From: a virus
Lineage: Duplodnaviria; Heunggongvirae; Uroviricota; Caudoviricetes
Strand: one strand, 5' to 3'
Virus record (IMG/VR): IMGVR_UViG_3300049597_000059
DNA length: 21,873 nt
Under the pieces are notes generated by a model, which made no database searches, had not been told where the DNA came from, and saw only the letters and a list, made by a program, of their open reading frames with translations. This document shows, piece by piece, positions 7,132 to 14,484 of this stretch. How positions within the stretch are numbered: the stretch's first letter is position 1; each line of letters starts with the position of its first letter. The translations under genes were made by a program, and so were the position numbers.

Positions 7132-8286
7132 ATGCCTACATTCATAAAGCCAGGATTTTGGAGAGAACTTTGTAACCCATGTAATGGTTATGAAGGTTGG
7201 CTTAATTTAGATGATCTTATTGAAAATGTTGCTGGTACATCTGGCACAACTGGATCATCAGGCTCATCAGGAACGTCAGGTACTAGTGGTGTCTCAGGCA
7301 CATCTGGTATAAGTGGTCAATCTGGAGACAGATATCAAACCACATCTTCTACATCATTTACATTAGGGACAAGTGGAACAATCACTGTAGGTACAGGATT
7401 GGCATACACTGTTGCTCAAGATATATTGATATCTTATGATATTAATAACCATCAGGTTTCAATGGTTATATCCTACAACCCTGCTACAGGGGTTTTGGTG
7501 TTTGGTGCTCCTTCTGAAGTGGAAGGTTCAGGAACTTACACATCATGGGGTGTAAACCTTAATGGAGCTGCTGGTGGTAATGGTTCTAATGGTACATCTG
7601 GTACATCAGGACTAACTGGTTCTTCTGGTACCTCTGGCACTAGAGGGACTTCTGGAACTACAGGTACATCAGGAACAAGCGGTTCCTCAGGATTAACTGG
7701 TACTAGTGGCACTTCAGGCATAGCTGGTACATCAGGAACTAGTGGAGTTTCTCCAACACTTCCTACATCAATAAGCTATGGACTATTTGCTCAGACAGCA
7801 AACAGCACTATAATCACTAACACTACTGTAGAAACTAGTCTTATTAATGGTGGTGTAGGTACACTAACTGTACCAGCTAATGGATTCTCTGTAGGAGATA
7901 GTTTTAGAGCTGTGTTTGGTGGTGTAATTAACGCAGATAATAATCAAACTATTAGAATTAGAATGAGGACAGGATCTGTTCTTCTTTTAGATAGTGGTCT
8001 ACAGAATCTTGGCAGTGCTGTTATAAATGATGTTTGGTCTTTAAATGTTGATTTTACCATTAGACAACTAGGAACTGCTGGTGTAGCATCTATTGTAGCA
8101 CTAGGTGGTTTCCATTACACAAAAACAAACAACGCTTCTGTTCAAGGATTTGGATTTAACGTAGTGAATAGTACAACTTTTGATACAACAGTTAGTAATG
8201 TATTAGACGTTACAGCTCAATGGGGAGCTGCTTCTACAGGAAACAACATCTACAGTGACATATTTATATTGAACAAAACTTATTAA
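7132..8286 (+). CDS. Collagen-like (Gly-Thr-Ser)n fibre or decoration protein with beta-rich C-terminal domain
   Basis: Two Gly-X-Y tracts (10 and 19 triplets, mostly GTS/GSS) separated by a beta-rich domain, plus a C-terminal beta-rich domain. Confidence 0.8.
   Translation: MPTFIKPGFWRELCNPCNGYEGWLNLDDLIENVAGTSGTTGSSGSSGTSGTSGVSGTSGISGQSGDRYQTTSSTSFTLGTSGTITVGTGLAYTVAQDILISYDINNHQVSMVISYNPATGVLVFGAPSEVEGSGTYTSWGVNLNGAAGGNGSNGTSGTSGLTGSSGTSGTRGTSGTTGTSGTSGSSGLTGTSGTSGIAGTSGTSGVSPTLPTSISYGLFAQTANSTIITNTTVETSLINGGVGTLTVPANGFSVGDSFRAVFGGVINADNNQTIRIRMRTGSVLLLDSGLQNLGSAVINDVWSLNVDFTIRQLGTAGVASIVALGGFHYTKTNNASVQGFGFNVVNSTTFDTTVSNVLDVTAQWGAASTGNNIYSDIFILNKTY
7234..7323 (+). repeat. Gly-X-Y tract 1 (10 triplets)
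   Basis: [30 protein letters not shown]. Confidence 0.9.
7582..7752 (+). repeat. Gly-X-Y tract 2 (19 triplets)
   Basis: [21 protein letters not shown] ... [12 protein letters not shown]. Confidence 0.9.
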
Positions 8287-8298
8287 AATAATAATAAC

Positions 8299-8469
8299 AT
8301 GGCAATACCATCTAGACAAATAGGCTGGAGTACAACAGATAATTTACTTTGGCAAATATCCAAGCAATTGGAATATTTAACTCAAGTTACAGCTCATCCT
8401 CCTGCGTCTACAACAACAACATCTAGCAGCAGTACTACAACTACAACTACTACAACTGCTACACCGTAA
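8299..8469 (+). CDS. 56-aa protein with Thr/Ser-rich mucin-like tail, not in track
   Basis: MAIPSRQIGWSTTDNLLWQISKQLEYLTQVTAHPPASTTTTSSSSTTTTTTTATP; fills the gap between two genes with an A-rich start context. Confidence 0.8.
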   Translation: MAIPSRQIGWSTTDNLLWQISKQLEYLTQVTAHPPASTTTTSSSSTTTTTTTTATP

Positions 8470-8497
8470 ATAAAACAAAACCAACAAAACTACATAT

Positions 8498-9514
8498 ATG
8501 AAGGATCTCAGATTTATCTGTGCTCAACCAGATGATACCTATTACACATGGCAGGTACATTTATGGATAGAAAGCTTAAAGAAAATTGGACATTCAGACA
8601 AAGCAATTGTGCTTATATTCATTCCTAGTTATAGGGAAAAGAATACCAAATGGCAGCAAGTGATAGATCTCTATCCAGAAGCTGAATTTGTATTCTACAA
8701 AGATGAGCACAGCATTAGCAACATGTTAGGAGTTTATATTCCTGTGTTGCGTCCTTATTGTCTGAGAAGATATTTTGAAGAGAATCCAGGGATGAAAGAT
8801 AAAGCTGTTATGTATTGTGATTCAGACGTAGTGTTTACAGAGAATCTCAATATTGATGCTTATCTGGATGATGATATAAACTATGTATCTGATACAAACA
8901 GTTATATCAATGCTTCATATTTTGATAGTAAAGTGAAGGATGTAAAGCCTGAAAAGCTTGAGCTGTATAAAACTAGAGACATTCTAGCTGAAACAGCAGA
9001 ACTTACAGGCATAACTAGAGAGATAGCTGAGGCTAATAATCAGCATTCAGGAGGAGCACAATACCTATTAAAGAACATCGATAGTGATTTCTGGGATAAG
9101 GTGTTGCAAGACTGTTTGGTAATTAGAACACATTTACTAAACGTGAACAGAGAATTCTTTGAGAATGAAGATAAAGGCTTTCAAAGTTGGTGTGCTGATA
9201 TGTGGGCTGTTCTCTGGGCTATTTGGTATAGGAAACAAGAAGCGAAGATTATTCCTGAAATGGATTTTGCTTGGTCTTCTGATCCAATTCAAAAACTAGA
9301 GAGAATGGGACTCTTACATAACGCAGGAATTGTTGGCGATGAAGCCAATGGGTATCCTGCTTTCTATAAAGGAAAGTATCACACAGGACAAGATCCTTTA
9401 GATGATCCTCATTTACAAGAAGTTATGAATAATGAGAACAGTCAGAAGCATTGCACTCACTATTATGCATCTAAACTAATAGAATTAAAAAACAAATATA
9501 ACCTTAACTATTAA
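8498..9514 (+). CDS. GT-A glycosyltransferase resembling peptidyl-serine galactosyltransferase / hydroxyproline arabinosyltransferase (SERGT1/HPAT, GT96-like)
   Basis: N-terminal FICAQPDDTYYTWQVHLWIESL (compare C..YFDWQ..L.HS), MYCDSDVVF DxD motif, GGAQY, SWCADMWA (compare W.SEMY), LLHNAG. Confidence 0.7.
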   Translation: MKDLRFICAQPDDTYYTWQVHLWIESLKKIGHSDKAIVLIFIPSYREKNTKWQQVIDLYPEAEFVFYKDEHSISNMLGVYIPVLRPYCLRRYFEENPGMKDKAVMYCDSDVVFTENLNIDAYLDDDINYVSDTNSYINASYFDSKVKDVKPEKLELYKTRDILAETAELTGITREIAEANNQHSGGAQYLLKNIDSDFWDKVLQDCLVIRTHLLNVNREFFENEDKGFQSWCADMWAVLWAIWYRKQEAKIIPEMDFAWSSDPIQKLERMGLLHNAGIVGDEANGYPAFYKGKYHTGQDPLDDPHLQEVMNNENSQKHCTHYYASKLIELKNKYNLNY

Positions 9515-9531
9515 CCATAAAAATTTAAAAA

Positions 9532-10035
9532 ATGGGAAGTAACAATCGTGATCTTAAAGCTTATGTCCGCTATGATGGTAGTGGCAGAGTAGTTGCAGGT
9601 AGCTTAATACTGCGTAGAAACAAACCAAAGGTGGGCAACTGGCAACAAGTACAAGGGTATGAGTGCAACAGTGGCGGTACCTCTTATGAAATTATAGCAA
9701 CTGGTGAAGGTGCTGTATCAAGTGTTATCACTTACAGATCTGGTGTTGATAACAGTACACAAAGTGTAAATTTAGTTGGTGAAGATTTATTAGTAGCTAC
9801 TATATGTGCTGTAACTGGTTCTGTATCTGCAGTGGATGCAGAAGGAACTACAACAGTTATTACAGCAGGAGCTGGTTGTGAGTGTTCTGGTTTAAGTCCT
9901 GAAGTGAGTTTTAGTAATACAACTACTACCACTACATCATCTACTAGTACAACAACTACATCATCTACTAGTACAACCACTACAACTACAACTGTAGCAC
10001 CTACTACTACAACAACAACCACTACTCCTGGATAA
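9532..10035 (+). CDS. Protein with globular N-terminal domain and long Thr/Ser mucin-like tail (167 aa)
   Basis: LKAYVRYDGSGRVVAGSLILR...YECN domain; C-terminal 38 aa almost all T/S. Confidence 0.85.
   Translation: MGSNNRDLKAYVRYDGSGRVVAGSLILRRNKPKVGNWQQVQGYECNSGGTSYEIIATGEGAVSSVITYRSGVDNSTQSVNLVGEDLLVATICAVTGSVSAVDAEGTTTVITAGAGCECSGLSPEVSFSNTTTTTTSSTSTTTTSSTSTTTTTTTVAPTTTTTTTTPG
9919..10032 (+). repeat. Poly-Thr/Ser tract with 23-nt direct repeat (24-nt period)
   Basis: ACTACATCATCTACTAGTACAAC at 9931-9953 and 9955-9977. Confidence 0.9.
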
Positions 10036-10049
10036 TAAAATCAACATAA

Positions 10050-10454
10050 ATGGCAAAATCATTATTCCCTGATGAGATGATGAAATCAGGAGAACTAAAT
10101 TTAGAAATAATAGCTGGGAAGCTTACATATTTCCATGAGCAATTACATCTATTACATTGGCAAACAAAAAGTTATGCTCAACATAAAGCTCTTGGAAAAA
10201 TATATGAATATGTTCAAGATTTTAAAGATGATGTTGTTGAGAAACTTATGGGTTATACAGGTAAACGTCCTGGTGCAATTAAACTAGAACAGTTAACAGC
10301 TACAGATCCTAATGCAGTTGTCACAGCACTTATGGACTTTGCTAGTAACTTAAAAAGATATGCTGAATCAAATAGCTTCCATGACATCGCTAACCTAGCA
10401 GATGCATTATCTGGAGAAGCTGCAAAAACTAAATACTTATTAACCTTGTCTTAA
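10050..10454 (+). CDS. Ferritin/Dps-like four-helix protein (DUF5856-like)
   Basis: HLLHWQTKSYAQHKALGKIYE...KDDVVEKLMG matches the Dps-type HW...H..L...YE...D..AE pattern. Confidence 0.8.
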   Translation: MAKSLFPDEMMKSGELNLEIIAGKLTYFHEQLHLLHWQTKSYAQHKALGKIYEYVQDFKDDVVEKLMGYTGKRPGAIKLEQLTATDPNAVVTALMDFASNLKRYAESNSFHDIANLADALSGEAAKTKYLLTLS

Positions 10455-10735
10455 TGCAAATTAACAAGAAATTCTTTCCTGAGGTGATGCAAGATAACGA
10501 ACTTGCTTATTTTGCTCACCTTCAGGGAATTATAGATTCTGTGGATGAGTTAGCCACATTAGAAATTACTAGGAATCCTAATTCCTATCACTTTAGACTA
10601 GCACCATCTATACCCAGGTATAATGACATGTTGCTAGAAGAGTTATTGAAGTTTCATAACCTCTTACAGATCCATTTAGATCTGTCTAAAAGTATAAAGA
10701 GTTCTGCCACAATAGTGTTTGATATCACCATGTAA
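10454..10735 (+). CDS. Hypothetical protein (93 aa)
   Basis: ORF track; TAATG-coupled to upstream gene. Confidence 0.8.
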   Translation: MQINKKFFPEVMQDNELAYFAHLQGIIDSVDELATLEITRNPNSYHFRLAPSIPRYNDMLLEELLKFHNLLQIHLDLSKSIKSSATIVFDITM

Positions 10736-10741
10736 AATAAA

Positions 10742-10773
10742 TTTGGTAGATATTGCAGAAATACATATCTTTG
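10742..10773 (+). promoter_or_regulatory. Bacteroidota-type promoter TTTG-N20-TATCTTTG
   Basis: TTTG 10742-10745, TATCTTTG 10766-10773, ATG 10799. Confidence 0.8.
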
Positions 10774-10798
10774 TTCGTAAAACCAAAAAATATATAAT

Positions 10799-11092
10799 AT
10801 GTCAGAAGAATTAGTACAAGATGTAACTCCAGTTCAAGAAGAAGTAAATATTCAAGAATCTGTTCAAGAACCTGTAAAGTATGATCCTAACAAGAAATAC
10901 ACCTGGAATACAGATGATATTTTTGTTATCAACGGTGCTGAGTTTGGTGTAATCCTTAACTCACTACGTTCACAATTAGCTACAGAAGAAGCTGCTCGTA
11001 TTCTTTTAGCTAACAGAGCTAACAATACAATTGAGCAAGTGTTAGCTAGATCAGTAGAAGCTGGTGTTATTAAAGAAGCTGAAAATCAATAA
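10799..11092 (+). CDS. Acidic hypothetical protein (97 aa)
   Basis: E/Q-rich N-terminus, KYDPNKKYTW; first gene after the promoter. Confidence 0.8.
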   Translation: MSEELVQDVTPVQEEVNIQESVQEPVKYDPNKKYTWNTDDIFVINGAEFGVILNSLRSQLATEEAARILLANRANNTIEQVLARSVEAGVIKEAENQ

Positions 11093-11095
11093 GTT

Positions 11096-11245
11096 ATGGC
11101 AAAAGAAATGATTAAACGCAAGGATGGTTCTGTTTCACAACGTGGTTTGTGGGACAATATTCGTGCTGCTAAAGGCTCAGGTAAGAAACCTACATCTGCT
11201 ATGCTTAAGCAGGAAAAAAAGATCAAGGCTAAAGGTAAGAAGTAA
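11096..11245 (+). CDS. Small basic protein with GLWDNIR motif (49 aa), not in track
   Basis: MAKEMIKRKDGSVSQRGLWDNIRAAKGSGKKPTSAMLKQEKKIKAKGKK. Confidence 0.75.
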   Translation: MAKEMIKRKDGSVSQRGLWDNIRAAKGSGKKPTSAMLKQEKKIKAKGKK

Positions 11246-11325
11246 TGAACGATCATTGCCCCATACATGAAATAGCTCTTGAGGAAGGACAATGTCCTAA
11301 ATGTCTAGAACAATCTAATATATAA
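11245..11325 (+). CDS. 26-aa putative zinc-knuckle microprotein, not in track
   Basis: MNDHCPIHEIALEEGQCPKCLEQSNI; C-x2-H-x8-C-x2-C; TAATG-coupled; stop is 5 nt before the next ATG. Confidence 0.55.
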   Translation: MNDHCPIHEIALEEGQCPKCLEQSNI

Positions 11326-11330
11326 ATAAG

Positions 11331-11825
11331 ATGACAAAAGTAAAAAAAGCCCAATCTGGTATTAAACTTAGAAAAGGACAATACAAAAGACTTGGCAGAA
11401 TAGCAGAAAAAAATCCTGACAGAGCTGATAAGGTGGCTGATCGCATGAAAGAAAGAGCTACACGTTTACAACGTGGTAAAAGAGTTGCTGAAAGCAGTGG
11501 CTCTAGAGCTTCAAGCATGCTACCTAAAGCTAAAGATGGTAAATCATTCCCAGACTTAAACAAGGATGGTAAGATTACTAAAGCTGACATTCTTAAAGGA
11601 CGTGGTGTTATTAAGAATGGTGGTAAGGTTAAGAAGGCTCAAGCTGGTTTAACTGCTTCTAACAAGCGTGTAGGACCTGTTGATCCTAAAGGTGCTTGGA
11701 CTAAGGTTCAAGAAATGAACTTACCTCCTCGTAATGTTAAAACTAAGGTTAGTCTTACAAGAGACAAACAGTTAGGTGCTACAAAGATGATGAAATCTGG
11801 TGGTAAAATGAAAAAGAAAAAGTAA
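11331..11825 (+). CDS. Highly basic protein with two KKAQxG motifs and an EF-hand/dockerin-like loop
   Basis: MTKVKKAQSG, GGKVKKAQAG, PDLNKDGKITKADILKGRGV. Confidence 0.85.
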   Translation: MTKVKKAQSGIKLRKGQYKRLGRIAEKNPDRADKVADRMKERATRLQRGKRVAESSGSRASSMLPKAKDGKSFPDLNKDGKITKADILKGRGVIKNGGKVKKAQAGLTASNKRVGPVDPKGAWTKVQEMNLPPRNVKTKVSLTRDKQLGATKMMKSGGKMKKKK

Positions 11826-11986
11826 TGGCTACAGATAAAAAGTGGATGCAGAAAGTAACTAAGTCTATTAAGGCTAGAGGTACAGAAGGCAAATGCACTC
11901 CTATCACAAAACCTGGTTGTACAGGTAGGGCTAAAGCTCTTGCTAAAACATTTAAGAAGATAGCTGCAAAGCGTAAAGCTAAATAA
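11825..11986 (+). CDS. Small basic protein (53 aa), not in track
   Basis: MATDKKWMQKVTKSIKARGTEGKCTPITKPGCTGRAKALAKTFKKIAAKRKAK; TAATG-coupled. Confidence 0.75.
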   Translation: MATDKKWMQKVTKSIKARGTEGKCTPITKPGCTGRAKALAKTFKKIAAKRKAK

Positions 11987-11987
11987 T

Positions 11988-12428
11988 ATGGCTAGAATTC
12001 CTAAAACAAAGGTATATAACCCACAGAAAGCAGAAGCTTATGTAGGTAAGGGAGTTCTTAGAGTTGGTGGTAAAATCACCCCTGTTCCTAATGGTCCTCT
12101 TGTTAAAAAGAAGGGAGAGTTTAAAGGCTCTACATTAAAGGACGGTGGTAAGGTTAGCCCAGCATGGCAAAGAAAAGAAGGTAAAAACCCTGAAGGTGGT
12201 TTAAATTCTAAGGGTGTAGCTTCTTATAGAAAAGCTAACCCAGGTAGTAAGCTGAAGACAGCTGTTACTACTAAACCTTCAAAACTCAAAGCTGGTTCTA
12301 AAGCAGCAAGTAGACGTAAGTCTTTCTGTTCTAGAATGTCAGGTATGAAAAAGAAACTCACGTCTGCTAAAACGGCTAATGACCCTAACAGCAGAATTAA
12401 TAAATCACTTCGTAAATGGAACTGTTAA
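11988..12428 (+). CDS. Basic protein with DUF6321-like domain
   Basis: AWQRKEGKNPEGGLNSKG...RRKSFCSRMSGM...DPNSRINKSLRKWNC pattern, recalled from aquatic phage genomes. Confidence 0.8.
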   Translation: MARIPKTKVYNPQKAEAYVGKGVLRVGGKITPVPNGPLVKKKGEFKGSTLKDGGKVSPAWQRKEGKNPEGGLNSKGVASYRKANPGSKLKTAVTTKPSKLKAGSKAASRRKSFCSRMSGMKKKLTSAKTANDPNSRINKSLRKWNC

Positions 12429-12429
12429 A

Positions 12430-12711
12430 ATGGCAAAGGTAAAAAAAGCACAAAAAGGAGACTCTCTAGTTTATGAAACTAAAGGCGTTCGTTATCCAAA
12501 AAGAAGACTAGCTGTTGATACAACTGGCTATGCTGAGGGTAAAAAAACATTCAAAGGTACTGGTAGGTATTTAGAAGGATTAGAATCAGGTGTATATAAA
12601 GATTATCCTGCAAAACCTAAAAAATATGGCAGAAAGATTGTAAAATCAATCATAAATGCTAAAGGTGCAACACCTAAAAAGAAATCTGGTGGCAAGGTTA
12701 GTAAAAAATAA
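12430..12711 (+). CDS. Basic protein beginning MAKVKKAQKG (93 aa)
   Basis: Start revised to ATG 12430, just after the previous stop; ends KKKSGGKVSKK. Confidence 0.8.
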   Translation: MAKVKKAQKGDSLVYETKGVRYPKRRLAVDTTGYAEGKKTFKGTGRYLEGLESGVYKDYPAKPKKYGRKIVKSIINAKGATPKKKSGGKVSKK

Positions 12712-12739
12712 ATTATTAAAAAAATAAAAACAAAACAAA

Positions 12740-13204
12740 ATGGCAACTGTTAAAAAGGTTAAAAAAGCCCAAAGGGGTGGTTGTGTATCAAACATGTCTT
12801 CTCAAGAGAGAACTAATTTCTTCAGAGGTGGTACCGAAGGTCAATTAAGAAGAGCTGGTAACAAACAAATGCGTGAAAATGCAAGAGCAGAACGCAAAGA
12901 AGAAAGAGTTGAAAAGAGAGCTGCTAAAAAAGCTGCTAAATCTGCTCCTGCAGCTAAAGCTGGTAAAACTATTAAGAAAGCTCAAAGAGGTGGATGTGTA
13001 TCAAACATGTCATCTAAAGAAAGAACTAGCTTTTTTAGAGGTGCTTCAGAAGGCCAAATGAGAAGAGCTAACAACAGAATGGCACGTGAAGTAGCTAGAG
13101 ATGAGCGTAAAGAAGCAAGAGCTGAGAAGAAAGCTGCTAAAAAAGCTACTCCTCCTGCTAAATACGGCAAAATGGTTAAAAAAGCTGTTTCTAAAAAGAA
13201 ATAA
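12740..13204 (+). CDS. Basic protein built from two tandem 71-aa repeats
   Basis: KKAQRGGCVSNMSS.ERT.FFRG..EGQ.RRA starts at aa 8 and aa 79. Confidence 0.85.
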   Translation: MATVKKVKKAQRGGCVSNMSSQERTNFFRGGTEGQLRRAGNKQMRENARAERKEERVEKRAAKKAAKSAPAAKAGKTIKKAQRGGCVSNMSSKERTSFFRGASEGQMRRANNRMAREVARDERKEARAEKKAAKKATPPAKYGKMVKKAVSKKK

Positions 13205-13206
13205 TA

Positions 13207-13347
13207 ATGAAATCAGGTAAACCTAGATTGGCTCCAAAGGTTAAGAACCCTAAGCCAAACAAACCTTATATGAGGGAATCTGACAATACTAGAAACAAGG
13301 GTAAAAGTCCTATGGCTCCTATGACTGGTAAGAAATTATCAAAATAA
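13207..13347 (+). CDS. Small Lys/Pro-rich protein (46 aa), not in track
   Basis: MKSGKPRLAPKVKNPKPNKPYMRESDNTRNKGKSPMAPMTGKKLSK; ends immediately before the terminator. Confidence 0.65.
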   Translation: MKSGKPRLAPKVKNPKPNKPYMRESDNTRNKGKSPMAPMTGKKLSK

Positions 13348-13348
13348 T

Positions 13349-13379
13349 AAAAAGCCCCAAATTAATGGGGCTTTTTTTA
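13349..13379. terminator. Bidirectional intrinsic terminator between convergent units
   Basis: AAAAAGCCCCA-AATTAA-TGGGGCTTTTT(TT), with A and T tracts on both sides, between stops at 13347 (+) and 13380 (-). Confidence 0.9.
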
Positions 13380-14015
13380 TTAGTTTATTTTATCTTTTGT
13401 ACCAAAACTTGGTACATGCATAACTCTATAAGATAAAATATTGCTTTTTGATTTTTCGCCTTTTCCTTGTTTTGACATAGCATTTATAAATTCCCAATCA
13501 TGTCCATATATTGGTAAATGTTCTGGTAATTGTTTTGCTAGCTCTGTTGTTAATATTATCTCACTATGACCTATTTCACAATTAACAAGTTTTGACACTC
13601 TAACTTTATTAATAGGATCTACAAAGGAGTCAAAGAACATGTAATCCAAATTCGTATTTTCTATTTCTAGGTAATTACTAAAATGATTACTAAGTATAAT
13701 ATCATCATTTGCATAGAATATAAAATATTTACCTGTAGCATTTTGTATTGCGTAGTTAATTAATTTATATCCACATCCCCCTCCATTTTCTTTAGCATTA
13801 AAGAAATGAATAATGTTTCCTTTTTTTTCTTGTTCCTCTTTAATAGATTGGAGATATCCACTATCAATAAGTTTTTGAAAATCTGGACAACAGTCTCCCA
13901 TTATAAAGGCTTCCCAACCATTAATATCTTGATCTAATATACATTGTATAGATCGTTTAGTTCTCTCAGGTCTACCGTAACAAGCTATACTAATTGTTAT
14001 TCTTGGCTGCGTCAT
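13380..14015 (-). CDS. GT2-family glycosyltransferase
   Basis: ITISIACYGRPE, FIMGDCCPD, NYAIQNATGKYFIFYANDD, GHDWEF. Confidence 0.85.
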   Translation of the reverse strand: MTQPRITISIACYGRPERTKRSIQCILDQDINGWEAFIMGDCCPDFQKLIDSGYLQSIKEEQEKKGNIIHFFNAKENGGGCGYKLINYAIQNATGKYFIFYANDDIILSNHFSNYLEIENTNLDYMFFDSFVDPINKVRVSKLVNCEIGHSEIILTTELAKQLPEHLPIYGHDWEFINAMSKQGKGEKSKSNILSYRVMHVPSFGTKDKIN

Positions 14016-14484
14016 TACTTCCTATATGTTTTACAGGTGATCCTGCATATTTTTGATAAGCTTCGAGTTTACTTTTTTTAATAACTACACTATTCATACC
14101 AATCATAATTCCTTCTGGTAAAGTTGTTTTTTGATGAATAGCTGCTCCCATACCAAGATTCACTTTATTTCCTACGGTACAGAATCCAGCTAATTTGGAA
14201 CCAGCACTCATGGTTACACTAGACCCAAGAATACAATCATGAGCCACATAAGCATGTTTCATAAGATAACAATTATTACCAATTACAGTTTGTCTTTCTG
14301 CTCCTGAATCAATAGTGATCATTCCAGTAAGTCTAGTACCACTTTTAATTAAAACACCTTTATCTTCATTTTCTCTTCCTTTCCATTCAGGAGGCATTCC
14401 TATAATACAATAAGGACCTATATAAACATCATCTTCTATAATAACATTTTTACCAATTATAGCTGTTTCATCTAGATGTATCAT
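13990..14484 (-). CDS. Hexapeptide-repeat (LbH) acyltransferase, LpxA-like
   Basis: I/V-G-x-N hexapeptides; LMKHAYVAHDC and AAIHQK resemble LpxA AHIAHDC and VHQ motifs. Confidence 0.8.
   Translation of the reverse strand: MIHLDETAIIGKNVIIEDDVYIGPYCIIGMPPEWKGRENEDKGVLIKSGTRLTGMITIDSGAERQTVIGNNCYLMKHAYVAHDCILGSSVTMSAGSKLAGFCTVGNKVNLGMGAAIHQKTTLPEGIMIGMNSVVIKKSKLEAYQKYAGSPVKHIGSNDAAKNNN

Noticed and set aside
7536-10022. Minus-strand VPEVP-repeat and poly-Val ORFs (7536-7721, 9732-10022)
   Set aside because: Reverse-complement artefacts of the GTS and poly-Thr repeats.
11086-13170. ORFs 11086-11292, 11315-11590, 12982-13170 (minus) and 12873-13061 (plus, alternative frame)
   Set aside because: Overlap coupled, motif-bearing genes; no independent start signals.
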